Shown here piece by piece: positions 1-11,744 of a DNA stretch of 64,000 nucleotides. Below the pieces are notes generated by a model, which ran no database searches, was not told where the DNA came from, and was given only the letters and a program-made list of their open reading frames with translations. Source of the stretch: Alphaproteobacteria bacterium (GTDB lineage: Bacteria; Pseudomonadota; Alphaproteobacteria; Bin95); NCBI GenBank assembly GCA_963665325.3, contig CAXXWS020000002.1, positions 64,001-128,000 of the forward strand. The letters run 5' to 3'. Numbering within the stretch: the stretch's first letter is position 1; each line of letters opens with the position of its first letter. The position numbers and the translations under genes were made by a program.

Positions 1-197
1 TCGCCGATATCGCCGATGCCCGCCTCGACGCGCGGGTCCTGCAGCAGGTACGGGTCGGGCGCGGCTCGGTCGAACAGCACGATGCGCTCGACCGGCTGCT
101 CGCGGCCCGCGGAATCCGTGAGCGCGTTGAGTTCGAGCAGCCTGAGCGCGAGGCGCCGGCCGATAAAGCCGGCGCCGCCGGTAATCACGACGCGCAT
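1..197 (-). CDS. NAD-dependent epimerase/dehydratase (extended SDR, D-erythronate dehydrogenase-like); 5' part only, runs off the window edge
   Basis: Manual translation MRVVITGGAGFIGRRLALRLL...RIVLFD has the TGGAGFIG Rossmann motif; AAGGAGG RBS about 10 nt upstream. Not in the ORF track. Confidence 0.8.
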   Translation of the reverse strand, partial: MRVVITGGAGFIGRRLALRLLELNALTDSAGREQPVERIVLFDRAAPDPYLLQDPRVEAGIGDIG

Positions 198-348
198 GAG
201 CCTTGCGTCCTCCTTGCAGGCAGGGGCCCCGGAACCACCGGGGACGGCGAGAAAATAGCCGGGAGGACAGGAGCTGTCACGGCGATTGCCCGGCGCCGGT
301 CCGCATGTCAGGATGGCCGTCTTGCCGGATGCAAGGAGGGGGATCGCC

Positions 349-831
349 ATGGGCGAAAAGCTGGGCATCGGCGCAGCATTTCCGACGCTTTCGCTAAACC
401 TGCTGGAGCGGGGGCCGGCCGAGGTGCCGGCGGACATGCCGGGCGCATGGAAAGTGGTGCTGTTCTACCGCGGCCACTGGTGACCCTATTGCCGCCGTCA
501 GTTGGACGGCTTCCAGGAATTATGGCCGGAGTTCGAGGCGCGCGGCGTCTCCATCCTCGCCGGCAGCGTTGACGACGAGGGCAATGCCCGAAAAATCGCG
601 GACGGCAAGAGCTTCCCCTTCGCCTGGGGCATGACACGCGCGGATGCGGATCGGATTGGCGCCTGGTGGGAAGACCGCCGCAACATCGTCCAGCCCTCCG
701 AGTTCATTCTCGACGGGGACGGCAAGGTCGAGGTGTCCAGCTACAGCGACGGCCCGCTCGGCCGCATGGACGCCGCCGACGCGCTCAAGCTGATCGACCT
801 GTATGAGTCGCGGAGGAAGGCCGGAGGCTGA
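349..831 (+). CDS. AhpC/TSA (peroxiredoxin-like, thioredoxin fold) selenoprotein, 160 aa, Sec at codon 45
   Basis: ORFs 286..483 and 502..831 share a frame and are separated by one TGA (481-483). Read-through gives VVLFYRGHW-U-PYCRRQL, the family's CxxC motif with U at the first Cys. AAGGAGG RBS precedes ATG 349. Confidence 0.88.
494..510 (+). promoter_or_regulatory. Candidate bacterial SECIS hairpin
   Basis: GCCGTC-AGTTG-GACGGC: perfect 6-bp stem starting 11 nt after the in-frame TGA, with a GU-containing apical loop. Confidence 0.75.
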
Positions 832-1247
832 GTTGCGGGCAGCGGCCGCTCAGACTGAACACAAGGCGAAATTCTGCGTGACCGGGGCCGGGTTCTGGGT
901 CTCGGCGCCGATCCCGGCGGGGTGAACGCGTTCGGTTTGGCGTTCCTCGACAGCTCCGGTGGAGTGGAAGGCCTTACGGTCTCGTCTGTCGATGAATCCG
1001 GTCACGGGGTCGGCGCGAGGCTGTTCCAGTTGAAATCCTTGAACAGCGGCAGGGCTTCCGGATCGATATGGAAGCTCCGGTATTTGGGGCCCATGGTGCC
1101 GATGCTGGGTTCGATTGCCCCCGTCCTCCCGGAAGGCGTCGCCCGCGCCAGTATGGCCGAAACCGGTTGCTGTGGCGAACGGGGACATCCGACCTGCGCC
1201 CCAGGATTGCGATTTGTTCATAAAATAAGAAAATTTACAGAAACAAC

Positions 1248-1276
1248 TTGACTCCCGGAAGGTTCGGCCCTAGATG
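1248..1276 (+). promoter_or_regulatory. sigma70-type promoter heading element copy 1
   Basis: TTGACT-N17-TAGATG preceded by an AT-rich UP-like tract (1213-1247). Confidence 0.55.
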
Positions 1277-1401
1277 GGGCGGGAGGAAGGAAGCGGCATC
1301 CGGAGGCCGTTTCGTTTGGCGCCGGCGCGAAGAAAGACCCCCGAGAAACCGACGGGAGACGTGCGCCCCGCGTTTGTCTTGCCTTGCGCGCGGGGGCACA
1401 G

Positions 1402-1476
1402 GCGCAATCAGGCGCGCGAACCGCGCCGGCGCCAACGCGCCGGCCCGCGCGCACGCGATACGCGCGAAACAGGGTC
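1402..1476 (+). repeat. 75-bp dispersed conserved segment, copy 1
   Basis: 68/75 identical, ungapped, to the reverse complement of 20031-20105; first 35 and last 23 nt identical. Confidence 0.92.
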
Positions 1477-1509
1477 CCGCCGCAAGGGGAGACGGGCGGC
1501 GGGGAAATA

Positions 1510-1524
1510 GAACAAAACAGGATT
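1510..1524 (+). promoter_or_regulatory. Degenerate alphaproteobacterial LexA box
   Basis: GAAC-AAAACAG-GATT (2 mismatches to GAAC-N7-GAAC) just before an AGGAGG RBS; same relative position as the perfect box at 19954-19968. Confidence 0.4.
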
Positions 1525-1538
1525 TTCAGGAGGGGCCA

Positions 1539-1634
1539 ATGCCGAAGACAGGGACGAGAACGAACCGGACGGAATACCCCGAGCCCCTGCCCGAAAGGAC
1601 TGGACGACATGCGCCCTGCGTATGCGGATCATGA
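1539..1634 (+). CDS. 31-aa small ORF or remnant in element copy 1, ending in a SEC-C-like half motif
   Basis: AGGAGG RBS at 1528-1533; MPKTGTRTNRTEYPEPLPERTGRHAPCVCGS*; the stop lies inside a CATGACA repeat. Confidence 0.35.
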   Translation: MPKTGTRTNRTEYPEPLPERTGRHAPCVCGS

Positions 1635-1647
1635 CAAAACATGACAC
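1590..1647 (+). repeat. Imperfect direct repeat with 2 x CATGACA (10-bp period), left flank of the thermonuclease gene
   Basis: CCCGAAAGGA-N7-ACATGCGCCC...CATGACA-AAA-CATGACA; the same blocks recur with near-identical spacing at 2423-2490. Confidence 0.8.
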
Positions 1648-1705
1648 TCCCGGGGTGTTCCGCAGCGGAAACCGGCCGCGCCGGTTGCGGACCGGGGCGA
1701 GGCCG

Positions 1706-2251
1706 TCACCCCCGCCCCGCCTGCCTCCGCCGCCAATGGCGCGGGTCAAAGGCGACCTTGTGGCCCCACAGGCCGCGCCGTTCCCGCCGGGCTTCGCGTT
1801 CGACGTCCTTGTAACGGTCTCCATAGGCGGCGATGGCGTGGCCGTTGCGGACCAGCCAGGCGCCCACATCCTTGTCGTCGCAGGTGACGCAGCCCAACAC
1901 GCGGCCAAACCGGTCGATGCCCTCCACGGTCACTTCGACATGCCGACCGCCCACCGCCCGGATGAGCGCGCGCTTGACGCGCTTGCCATGCTTGAACCAG
2001 GTGCCGTCGCGGCGCTTGGCCCACTGGTCCAGTTCCGGTGCATCGAGGCCGGCGAAACGGACCCGATAGCCGGAGACCCGCAGACCGTCACCGTCCGTCA
2101 CCCATGCCTTGCCGGCAATGACGCTGCCGGCTTCCGGCGTCGGCAGGCGCCGGCCGCCTTGCGCGTGGCGCCGGCGGGGCGCCCACCGCCGAGGCCGCTT
2201 CCTGAGAAGCAGGAAGGCGGCTGCGAGGACAAGGACCGCAACGAATTCCAT
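1706..2251 (-). CDS. Thermonuclease (staphylococcal nuclease-like) with N-terminal membrane anchor
   Basis: Motifs VTDGDGL, RVRFAGLDAPE, DRFGRVLG, LVRNGHA, EREARRERRGLW; hydrophobic N-terminus. Confidence 0.92.
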   Translation of the reverse strand: MEFVAVLVLAAAFLLLRKRPRRWAPRRRHAQGGRRLPTPEAGSVIAGKAWVTDGDGLRVSGYRVRFAGLDAPELDQWAKRRDGTWFKHGKRVKRALIRAVGGRHVEVTVEGIDRFGRVLGCVTCDDKDVGAWLVRNGHAIAAYGDRYKDVEREARRERRGLWGHKVAFDPRHWRRRQAGRG

Positions 2252-2422
2252 GACCCGGCCCGCTTAGCATGTTTACGGCATGCGGGCATCCGCTCCGCCG
2301 GTGCGTTCGTCTCGCCCCGAGAAGCTTGGCGGGGGAGAATGCTTGGTAAGATGGGAATGGAGGAAAGGCGGCTTCCCGGAGCCGCCTTTTCGAATTCGGA
2401 AGGCGGGGGCGAGAGGGATATT

Positions 2423-2508
2423 CCCGAAAGGAACAGGAAACATGCGCCCGGCGCAGGGAGCCTCATGACATCGCATGACATTTCATGACACATCGCTGGA
2501 GTGGGCCC
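2423..2508 (+). repeat. Direct repeat with 3 x CATGACA (10-bp period) plus CATCGCTGGAGTGGGCCC tail
   Basis: CATGACA at 2464, 2474 and 2484; the tail matches the reverse complement of 18926-18943 at 17/18 nt. Confidence 0.9.
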
Positions 2509-2608
2509 TTTGGGACCGTCAGGCGGCGGCCCGGTTTGCGTGTCCGGAGGAAGCGGCTATACCTCTGGGCGGCCCGGAACGGGCGGCCGAGAGGCGGTAT
2601 CGAAAGCG

Positions 2609-3657
2609 ATGACGAAAGACAGCACTGCGGCGCTGGAGGCGGCGGCGGGGGAACGCATCCTCGTTCTAGACGGCGCGATGGGGACCATGATCCAGAAGCT
2701 CAGCCTGGACGAGGCCGACTTCCGCGGCGCTCGCTTCGCCGACTGGGACCGGGACCTCAAGGGCAATAACGATTTGCTGAATCTGACGCTGCCGGACGCT
2801 GTGGGCGATATCCACAACGACTTCCTGGACGCCGGCGCAGACATCCTCGAGACCAACAGCTTCAACGCCACCCGGATCGCGCTGGCCGACTACGGCATGG
2901 AAGCTTTCGCCCGCGAGATCAACGAGACTGCGGCCCGAATCGCCCGCACCGTCGTGGATCGCCGCCGGGACGGCCGGCCGCGCTGGGTTGCTGGCGCCAT
3001 CGGGCCGACCAACCGCACCGCCTCGATTTCCCCCGATGTCGAGGACCCGGCGGCGCGCAATGTCGATTTCGACACGCTCGGCGCCGCCTACCGGGAGGCC
3101 GCCGAAGGCCTGATCGACGGCGGGGCGGACCTGCTGATCGTCGAGACGGTGTTCGACACGCTCAACGCCAAGGCGGCGCTCCACGCCATCGAGGAAGTGT
3201 TCGAGGCGCGCAGCCTCCGTCTGCCGGTCATCGTGTCCGGCACGGTGGTGGACCTGTCCGGACGCACGCTGTCCGGCCAGACGCCGGAGGCCTTCTGGTA
3301 TTCGGTGCGCCATGCCGCGCCCTTCGCGGTCGGGCTCAATTGCGCGCTCGGGGCGGAGCAGATGCGCGGCTTCCTCGCCGATATGGCGCGCTCGGCGGAT
3401 ACGCTGATTTCCGCTTATCCCAATGCCGGCCTGCCCAACGCCTTCGGTGGCTATGACGAGACGCCGGAAACGACAGCGTCCCATCTGGGCGCCTGGGCGC
3501 GGGACGGGCTGGTAAACCTTGTCGGCGGTTGCTGCGGCACCACGCCCGCCCATATCGAAGCCGTTGCGGAGGCGGTGGCGGGCGTGGCCCCGCGCAAGCC
3601 GCCCCGATTGGAGCGGCGCATGCGGCTCGCCGGGCTCGAACCCTTCGTCGCCGCCGC

Positions 3658-3661
<4 letters not shown>
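2609..3661 (+). CDS. metH: Cobalamin-dependent methionine synthase, homocysteine-binding N-terminal module (split gene)
   Basis: [40 protein letters not shown] (Zn ligands). Confidence 0.95.
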
Positions 3662-6296
<2,635 letters not shown>

Positions 6297-6312
<16 letters not shown>

Positions 6313-6950
6313 AGGGGCGGCCGGCTGCCGCCCGTCGGTGCGGGAAACGCATGTTCCGGCCGATAGTTGGCGAAGCTCGACAACATTTGAGCGTCGCATT
6401 CCTGCTGCCAGCGTGAGTCGGGTAGGACGGCGGAGACGCAGCGATACTTCTCGCGGAATGCTGCGGTGCGCTCCGTGCTTTCGATGGCGATGGCGACAAG
6501 GCCGGCGACGCGGCCCTTCTGGCGTTCGATGAGGGCGGCGGCGCCTTCCATGGTTCCGCCGGTCTCGATCCACTGGTCGACCAGCAGGACCCGCGTCCCC
6601 GGGGCGAAGGCCGGCAGGCGCATCTCCATGTCCTGGGTCCGGCCCGAGTAGTTCGTGAACGCCACATTGTCCGTATCGACACACAGCTTGCCAGCCTTGC
6701 GAATTGGCAGGAACCCGACATCCAACCTCGTCGCAAGGGCCGCTCCCAGAACGAACCCCATGGCGTCCAGCCCTGCGACGACGTCAACCTCGATACCCTC
6801 CAGATCGGCGTACAAATCGTCCAGCAGGTCGTGAAAGGCTGCCCCGTTGATGTAGATGGAAGTCGGGTCCAGCCAGGCGAACCCGCCGCCCTTGGTGTTC
6901 GGCGCCATCAGCCGCAAATACCAGCGGTCGTCGCGGGGACCCTTATCCAT
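6297..6950 (-). CDS. Adenine phosphoribosyltransferase-like type I PRTase
   Basis: [23 protein letters not shown] loop [13 protein letters not shown] (DQ instead of DD). Confidence 0.85.
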
Positions 6951-7686
6951 GGCTGCCGATCTCCCGTGCGACCCGCATCAGCTGCGCCAGCCGGGCGGGG
7001 TCGATATTGTAGAAATCGCCGGACCGGTTGATCCCGGTGGCGACCAGGAAGGCATCGACATCGGCATATCTCCGCGCGTTCTCCGGCGTGACGCCCGAAG
7101 CCAGCGCGAGCGGCGCGTCGCCGATGCCGGCCCTGAACTGACGGACCTTCTGCAGGTCGGCCTCTTTCCCGGTCGCGAGGCCCGAGGTGGTGACGACATC
7201 CATGAATGAAACCGCTTCGCGCGCTGCGTCCTGCCAGTGCGCCGGGTTCACATGGCGCTGCTTCTTGAATGCCGTGCCGCCGAAATACAGCCCCGACCAT
7301 CCGCTGGCCGCCCGCACATCGGCAATCTGCCGGGCTTCGGAGAGGTCCGACCCCGTTTCGTCGATCCGCGCATTGTCGGCCCAGTAGGCATCTACCGGGC
7401 AGCCTGTCTTCGCCAGATCGCCCAGGATCGGGAACGCATCGCGGCCGGTGACGGCCAGAAAGTTGACCCCCATCCAGAGCGATGGCCACGCAGTGCGGAC
7501 CTCGCGAACGATCGGCAGAAACTCGTCCACGCCATAGTCGTGATTGATCAGAAAGCAGCCGGAGGCGCCCTCGCCGACCAGGATGCGGATGTTCTCGGTT
7601 ACCTGTCCGGCATCCAGCGCATGGATTACGGGCAGGACGACCGGGCCGGGCGCCTTGAAAAGCTTGTGAAATTCCCGAAGCGTCAT
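6943..7686 (-). CDS. BtpA/SgcQ-family TIM-barrel protein
   Basis: VLPVIH, GVNFL, VVTTSGLATG, LALASGVTPEN, FLVATGI match BtpA-like phosphate-binding barrels; overlaps the apt-like start. Confidence 0.7.
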   Translation of the reverse strand: MTLREFHKLFKAPGPVVLPVIHALDAGQVTENIRILVGEGASGCFLINHDYGVDEFLPIVREVRTAWPSLWMGVNFLAVTGRDAFPILGDLAKTGCPVDAYWADNARIDETGSDLSEARQIADVRAASGWSGLYFGGTAFKKQRHVNPAHWQDAAREAVSFMDVVTTSGLATGKEADLQKVRQFRAGIGDAPLALASGVTPENARRYADVDAFLVATGINRSGDFYNIDPARLAQLMRVAREIGSHG

Positions 7687-7789
7687 GCCGGGAAACTTGC
7701 CGCCGATTGGCGGGACAGTCAAAGATGTTCCTTGCCGCACGGTGCTTCTTGGGGTTGGATGCAAACAGCAACCGACGGGAGGTCACACG

Positions 7790-8911
7790 ATGAGCGAACA
7801 GGTGAACCTGACGCGCCGCAAGGTGCTTATGGCAACCGGCGCGACAGCACTTAGTGCCCCGTTCGTAGGCCGCGCCTGGGCCTCGACGACCGAGATCAAC
7901 ATGCTCGCCTGGTACGGTCACGGCGAACCCGACATCGTTGGCGCATTCGAGGAAGCCAACAATGTGAAGTTCAAGCCGAAATACTATGCCGGCGGCGACA
8001 ACATGCTGGCGCTGATCGCCCAGTCGCCCCCGGGCACCTATGACGTCATCCTCTCGGACGCCGAGTTCGTGCAGCAACTGAATGCGGCCGGCTATATCGA
8101 GCCTCTGGACGCGAACGACTACCCGTTCGACGACATGCTGCACGATGACTTCACGAAGTTCCCCGGACACTGGGTCGGCGACTCGCTGTTCTCCATGATG
8201 GTGCGGTTCGGGCATCTGGGCGTCAGCTACAACACGACGGCGATCTCGGCCGAAGAAGCCATGAGCTACAAGTGCTTCTGGAAGCCTGAGTTGAAGGGCA
8301 AGGTCGGGCATTTCGACTGGCATCTGCCGTCTCTGGGCATGATGAGCCTCTATAACGGCAACGGTGCAGGCCTCTGGGACCTCGACGATGACCAGTGGAA
8401 GGCGGTGCAGGAGACAACCATGAGCCTGCGCCCGCAGGTCGGCGGCTATTTCGACTACGGAGGCACCTTCAACAGCCTGAAGAACGGTGAGATGCTGGCC
8501 ATGTGCGGCATCGGCGACTGGATCACAGGCGTGCTGGAAAAGGATGGCGCGCCGGTGGCCTCGGTCATTCCGAACGAGGGCGGCATCCAGTGGGTGGAGA
8601 GTTACTGCATCGGCAAGGGCTCGTCCAAGGCAGATATCGTCAAGAGTTTCATCCAGTACATGCTCAGCCCCGAGGGGCAGGTGAAATCGGCCCAGATGGC
8701 CGCCTATCCGGGCAATTGCATCACCAAGGGCGGACGCGCGGCATTGATTGCTGCGGACCGGGCCGAGGCGGAGCGGACCAACCAGGTGGACGGGAACCCG
8801 ATGGACCCGATCACGCTCATCAAAGAGGGCCGCATCCACTACCGCGACATCCCGGTCAATCAGACGCTTGAGGACTGGAACGACTTCTGGTCCGAGTACA
8901 AGAACGCCTGA
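7790..8911 (+). CDS. PotD/PotF-like ABC transporter substrate-binding protein, Tat signal
   Basis: LTRRKVL twin-arginine leader, PGTYDVI, PNEGGIQW, FIQYMLSPE; GGAGG RBS. Confidence 0.9.
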   Translation: MSEQVNLTRRKVLMATGATALSAPFVGRAWASTTEINMLAWYGHGEPDIVGAFEEANNVKFKPKYYAGGDNMLALIAQSPPGTYDVILSDAEFVQQLNAAGYIEPLDANDYPFDDMLHDDFTKFPGHWVGDSLFSMMVRFGHLGVSYNTTAISAEEAMSYKCFWKPELKGKVGHFDWHLPSLGMMSLYNGNGAGLWDLDDDQWKAVQETTMSLRPQVGGYFDYGGTFNSLKNGEMLAMCGIGDWITGVLEKDGAPVASVIPNEGGIQWVESYCIGKGSSKADIVKSFIQYMLSPEGQVKSAQMAAYPGNCITKGGRAALIAADRAEAERTNQVDGNPMDPITLIKEGRIHYRDIPVNQTLEDWNDFWSEYKNA

Positions 8912-8923
8912 TGACTGTGCGAA

Positions 8924-8957
8924 AGCGTCCGGGATCCTTCGTAAGGCCCCGGACGCT
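8924..8957 (+). terminator. Stem-loop after the SBP gene (mRNA-stabilising hairpin or partial terminator)
   Basis: AGCGTCCGGG..CCTT-CGT-AAGG.CCCGGACGCT inverted repeat with no U tract. Confidence 0.5.
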
Positions 8958-9058
8958 GCGACTGAGATACATCGCGCCGGAACCGCCTGTCAGAGGTTCC
9001 GCAAAGTCGTGACGGCGCCGAACCGGCTATGCCTCCGCTACACGTCGGAGCGGGCGCC

Positions 9059-9895
9059 ATGACTCGTTTCGCGCTCGCGTTCCGCCTTCCGATCATCGTC
9101 TGGCAGGGGCTGTTCTTCCTCGGCCCCCTGTTCTTCATGATCGCGATGAGCTTCTTCCTGGTGAAGAACTACCGGATGGAGGAGGCGTTCGAGCTCAAGA
9201 ACTGGGCGCGAATGCTGACCAGGGGCTATGTGTGGGACAGCTATTGGTACACGCTGAGCATGGCGGGTTCGGCCACGCTGGTGGCGACGCTGGTCGCTTT
9301 TCCCGCAGCCTATGCCCTGGCGTTCCGGGTATCGGAGGCGGTACGGCGCTGGGCGATCTTTCTCCTCATCATCCCGTTCTTCACGTCTTATCTGGTGCGC
9401 ACCTTCTCCTGGTACGTGATCCTGGCGGAATCGGGCGTGATCAATGCCGGGCTCGGCAATGTCGGGCTCGGCCCCTACACGATGCTCAACACGCCCTTCG
9501 GCACCGTCGTTGGCTACCTGACCCTGACATTGCCGCTGGTCGTAATCCTGCAGACCATCGCGCTCGCGAACATCGACCGGAACCTGGTTCAGGCCGCGCG
9601 CAACCTGGGCTGTCCGCCCGAGCGCATACTGTTCGCCATGATCGTGCCCCTGGCGAAGGCGGGGCTTATCGTCGCCGCATTGTTCTGCTTCATCCTGTCG
9701 TTCGGGGACTTCGTCGCGCCCTATTACCTGGGCGGGTCCAAGCCTCCCACGCTGCCGATACTGATCATCGACACCACGAAATCCGGTCAGCAATGGCCCC
9801 GCGCCGCCGTTGTCGCGGTGATGATGATGCTCACGCTCTTCACTATCGCCGCCACCTCCATCTGGCTGGCCTATCGCAAGCGGGTATCGGCATGA
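9059..9895 (+). CDS. ABC transporter permease (PotB-like)
   Basis: IIPFFTSYLVRTFSW, EAA-like loop LVQAARNLG, multiple TM segments. Confidence 0.92.
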   Translation: MTRFALAFRLPIIVWQGLFFLGPLFFMIAMSFFLVKNYRMEEAFELKNWARMLTRGYVWDSYWYTLSMAGSATLVATLVAFPAAYALAFRVSEAVRRWAIFLLIIPFFTSYLVRTFSWYVILAESGVINAGLGNVGLGPYTMLNTPFGTVVGYLTLTLPLVVILQTIALANIDRNLVQAARNLGCPPERILFAMIVPLAKAGLIVAALFCFILSFGDFVAPYYLGGSKPPTLPILIIDTTKSGQQWPRAAVVAVMMMLTLFTIAATSIWLAYRKRVSA

Positions 9896-10680
9896 GCGCA
9901 CGGATCGGGACCGTTCTGCTGCTCGGTTGGCTGTTGGCCGTGTTCGTCTTCATCTTCGCGCCGATCGTTGCGTCGGTCGTCTTCTCGTTCAACTCGGACC
10001 GGTTCCCCACGATCCCGCTGGGCTCGTTCACAACCCATTGGTACGACACGATCTTCGCCGACGCCGAGATCGGCGAGGCGGCCCGCAACTCCATCGTCGT
10101 CTCACTGTCTACATCCGTTATCGCGACGGTGCTGGGCTTCGCGACCGCCTACACCGACTACCGCTACAACTTCCGTCTCAAGGGGCCGTATCTGGCGCTG
10201 ATCCTGCTGCCGCCGACGATCCCGCTGATCATCATGGCGCTTGCCATGCTGGCCTGGCTGTCCTGGATCGGGGCGTCGGGCCAGCTCTGGTCGGTCGTCG
10301 TCGCCCATTCCGTGCTGACGGCGCCCTTCGCCATGGCGATTATCCGCCTGCGCCTGAACCAGATTGACCCGAACCTGGAGGCAGCGGCCTGGAACCTGGG
10401 CTCCTCCGAGTGGAGGGCGCTCCGGTCGATCATCCTGCCCTTCTGCCGGCCCGCCATCATCTCCGCCGCTTGCCTGACCGCCGCCGTTTCCTTCGACGAG
10501 TTCGCGGTGGCCTGGTTCGTAAGCGGCCTGAACAAGACAGTGCCGGTGATCGTCCTGGAGATCGTTCAGGGCAACATCGACCCGCAGGTGAACGCCATCG
10601 GATCGCTGGTGTTCCTGACATCGATCACGCTGGTGGTCCTGGCGCAGGTCTTCTTCATCGCGCGGGTCGGCCGCGCATGA
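9892..10680 (+). CDS. ABC transporter permease (PotC-like)
   Basis: VFSFNS, LEAAAWNLGS, SFDEF; ATGA overlap. Confidence 0.92.
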   Translation: MSARIGTVLLLGWLLAVFVFIFAPIVASVVFSFNSDRFPTIPLGSFTTHWYDTIFADAEIGEAARNSIVVSLSTSVIATVLGFATAYTDYRYNFRLKGPYLALILLPPTIPLIIMALAMLAWLSWIGASGQLWSVVVAHSVLTAPFAMAIIRLRLNQIDPNLEAAAWNLGSSEWRALRSIILPFCRPAIISAACLTAAVSFDEFAVAWFVSGLNKTVPVIVLEIVQGNIDPQVNAIGSLVFLTSITLVVLAQVFFIARVGRA

Positions 10681-11732
10681 CCGCTCCGCTCGTCATCCTC
10701 TCGGGTGTGGTCAAACGGTTCGGGGACTTCACGGCCGTGCACCGCCTGGACCTGGAAATAGCAGCGGGCGAATTCATCGCGATCATGGGCCCGTCCGGCT
10801 GCGGCAAGACGACGACGCTTCGGATGATCGCCGGGCTGGAAGCGCCGAGCGAGGGCGAGATTCGCATCGGCGGACGGCTGATGAACGATGTGCCGGTCCA
10901 CGAGCGCGACACGCCCATGGTCTGGCAGTCGCTGGCCCTGTTCCCTTTCCTGAACGCCCGGGAGAATGTCGAGTTCGGGCTGAGAATGCGCAGGATCGAC
11001 GCCGCCGAGCGGCGCAGGCGTGCGCTCGACTGGCTGGAACGGCTGGAGATCGGCGAGTTCGCCGAGCGCAATATCGACACGCTGTCGGGCGGGCAGCGCC
11101 AGCGCGTGGCCCTGGCGCGCTCGCTGGTGACGGAGCCGCAAATCCTGTTGCTGGACGAACCCTTGTCGGCGTTGGACGCCCACCTGGTCATTCGCATGCA
11201 GGGCGTGCTGACGCGCTTGCAGCGCGAACTCGGCATCACCTTTGTGTACGTCACACACTCGCAATCCGAGGCCTTCGCCATGGCCGACCGGATCGTGATC
11301 ATGTCCGAGGGCCGTATCGTCCAGGTAGGCCAACCGCGCGAGATCTACCGGGCGCCCGAGAACCGCTTCGTGGCCGAGTTCGTGGGCCGCAACAATATCC
11401 TGGCCGGAACCAGCCGCGGCGACGCGATCGAAACGCCGCTCGGCATCTTTCCCGCTGCCGGCCTGCCCGCGACAGGCAACCCTGCCACCCTGGTTGTGGC
11501 CGCCGACCTGGTCCGGATCGGCCGGACGCCGTCTGAAGGCGCCATCCCATGCTCTCTGATTTCCGAGGAGTTTGTAGGTGCGACGGTTACCCTGTTCCTC
11601 GAGGCAGCGGACGGGACGGAACTGAAGGTCCAGCTGCCGGAACGCGCGCTGGGAGATCTGGACCCGCATGCCGGCGGCCAATTCCATCTCAGTTGGCCGG
11701 CCGATGCCGGGCACGTCCTGGCCGAGAGCTGA
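10677..11732 (+). CDS. ABC transporter ATP-binding protein (PotA-like)
   Basis: GPSGCGKTT, LSGGQRQRVALAR, LLLDEP, YVTH. Confidence 0.95.
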   Translation: MTAPLVILSGVVKRFGDFTAVHRLDLEIAAGEFIAIMGPSGCGKTTTLRMIAGLEAPSEGEIRIGGRLMNDVPVHERDTPMVWQSLALFPFLNARENVEFGLRMRRIDAAERRRRALDWLERLEIGEFAERNIDTLSGGQRQRVALARSLVTEPQILLLDEPLSALDAHLVIRMQGVLTRLQRELGITFVYVTHSQSEAFAMADRIVIMSEGRIVQVGQPREIYRAPENRFVAEFVGRNNILAGTSRGDAIETPLGIFPAAGLPATGNPATLVVAADLVRIGRTPSEGAIPCSLISEEFVGATVTLFLEAADGTELKVQLPERALGDLDPHAGGQFHLSWPADAGHVLAES

Positions 11733-11744
11733 CCGGAGGCGCAG

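Noticed and set aside
286-831. Two separate small genes or a nonsense pseudogene
   Set aside because: The TGA falls exactly on the catalytic Cys position and is followed by a SECIS-like hairpin; read-through explains it better.
850-1251. ORFs 850..1221 (-) and 922..1251 (+) as genes
   Set aside because: No recognisable motifs or RBS, and they run into the AT-rich promoter tract.
1599-1634. Functional SEC-C zinc motif in the 31-aa ORF
   Set aside because: GRHAPCVCGS resembles the first half only; the stop precedes the remaining ligands, so it may be chance or a remnant.
2464-2490. CATGACA arrays as a CRISPR
   Set aside because: 7-bp units with 3-bp spacers are far too short, and there are no cas genes.
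2509-2608. Cobalamin or SAM riboswitch upstream of metH
   Set aside because: Only about 100 nt are available and I could not find the conserved riboswitch core motifs; an Rfam scan would settle it.
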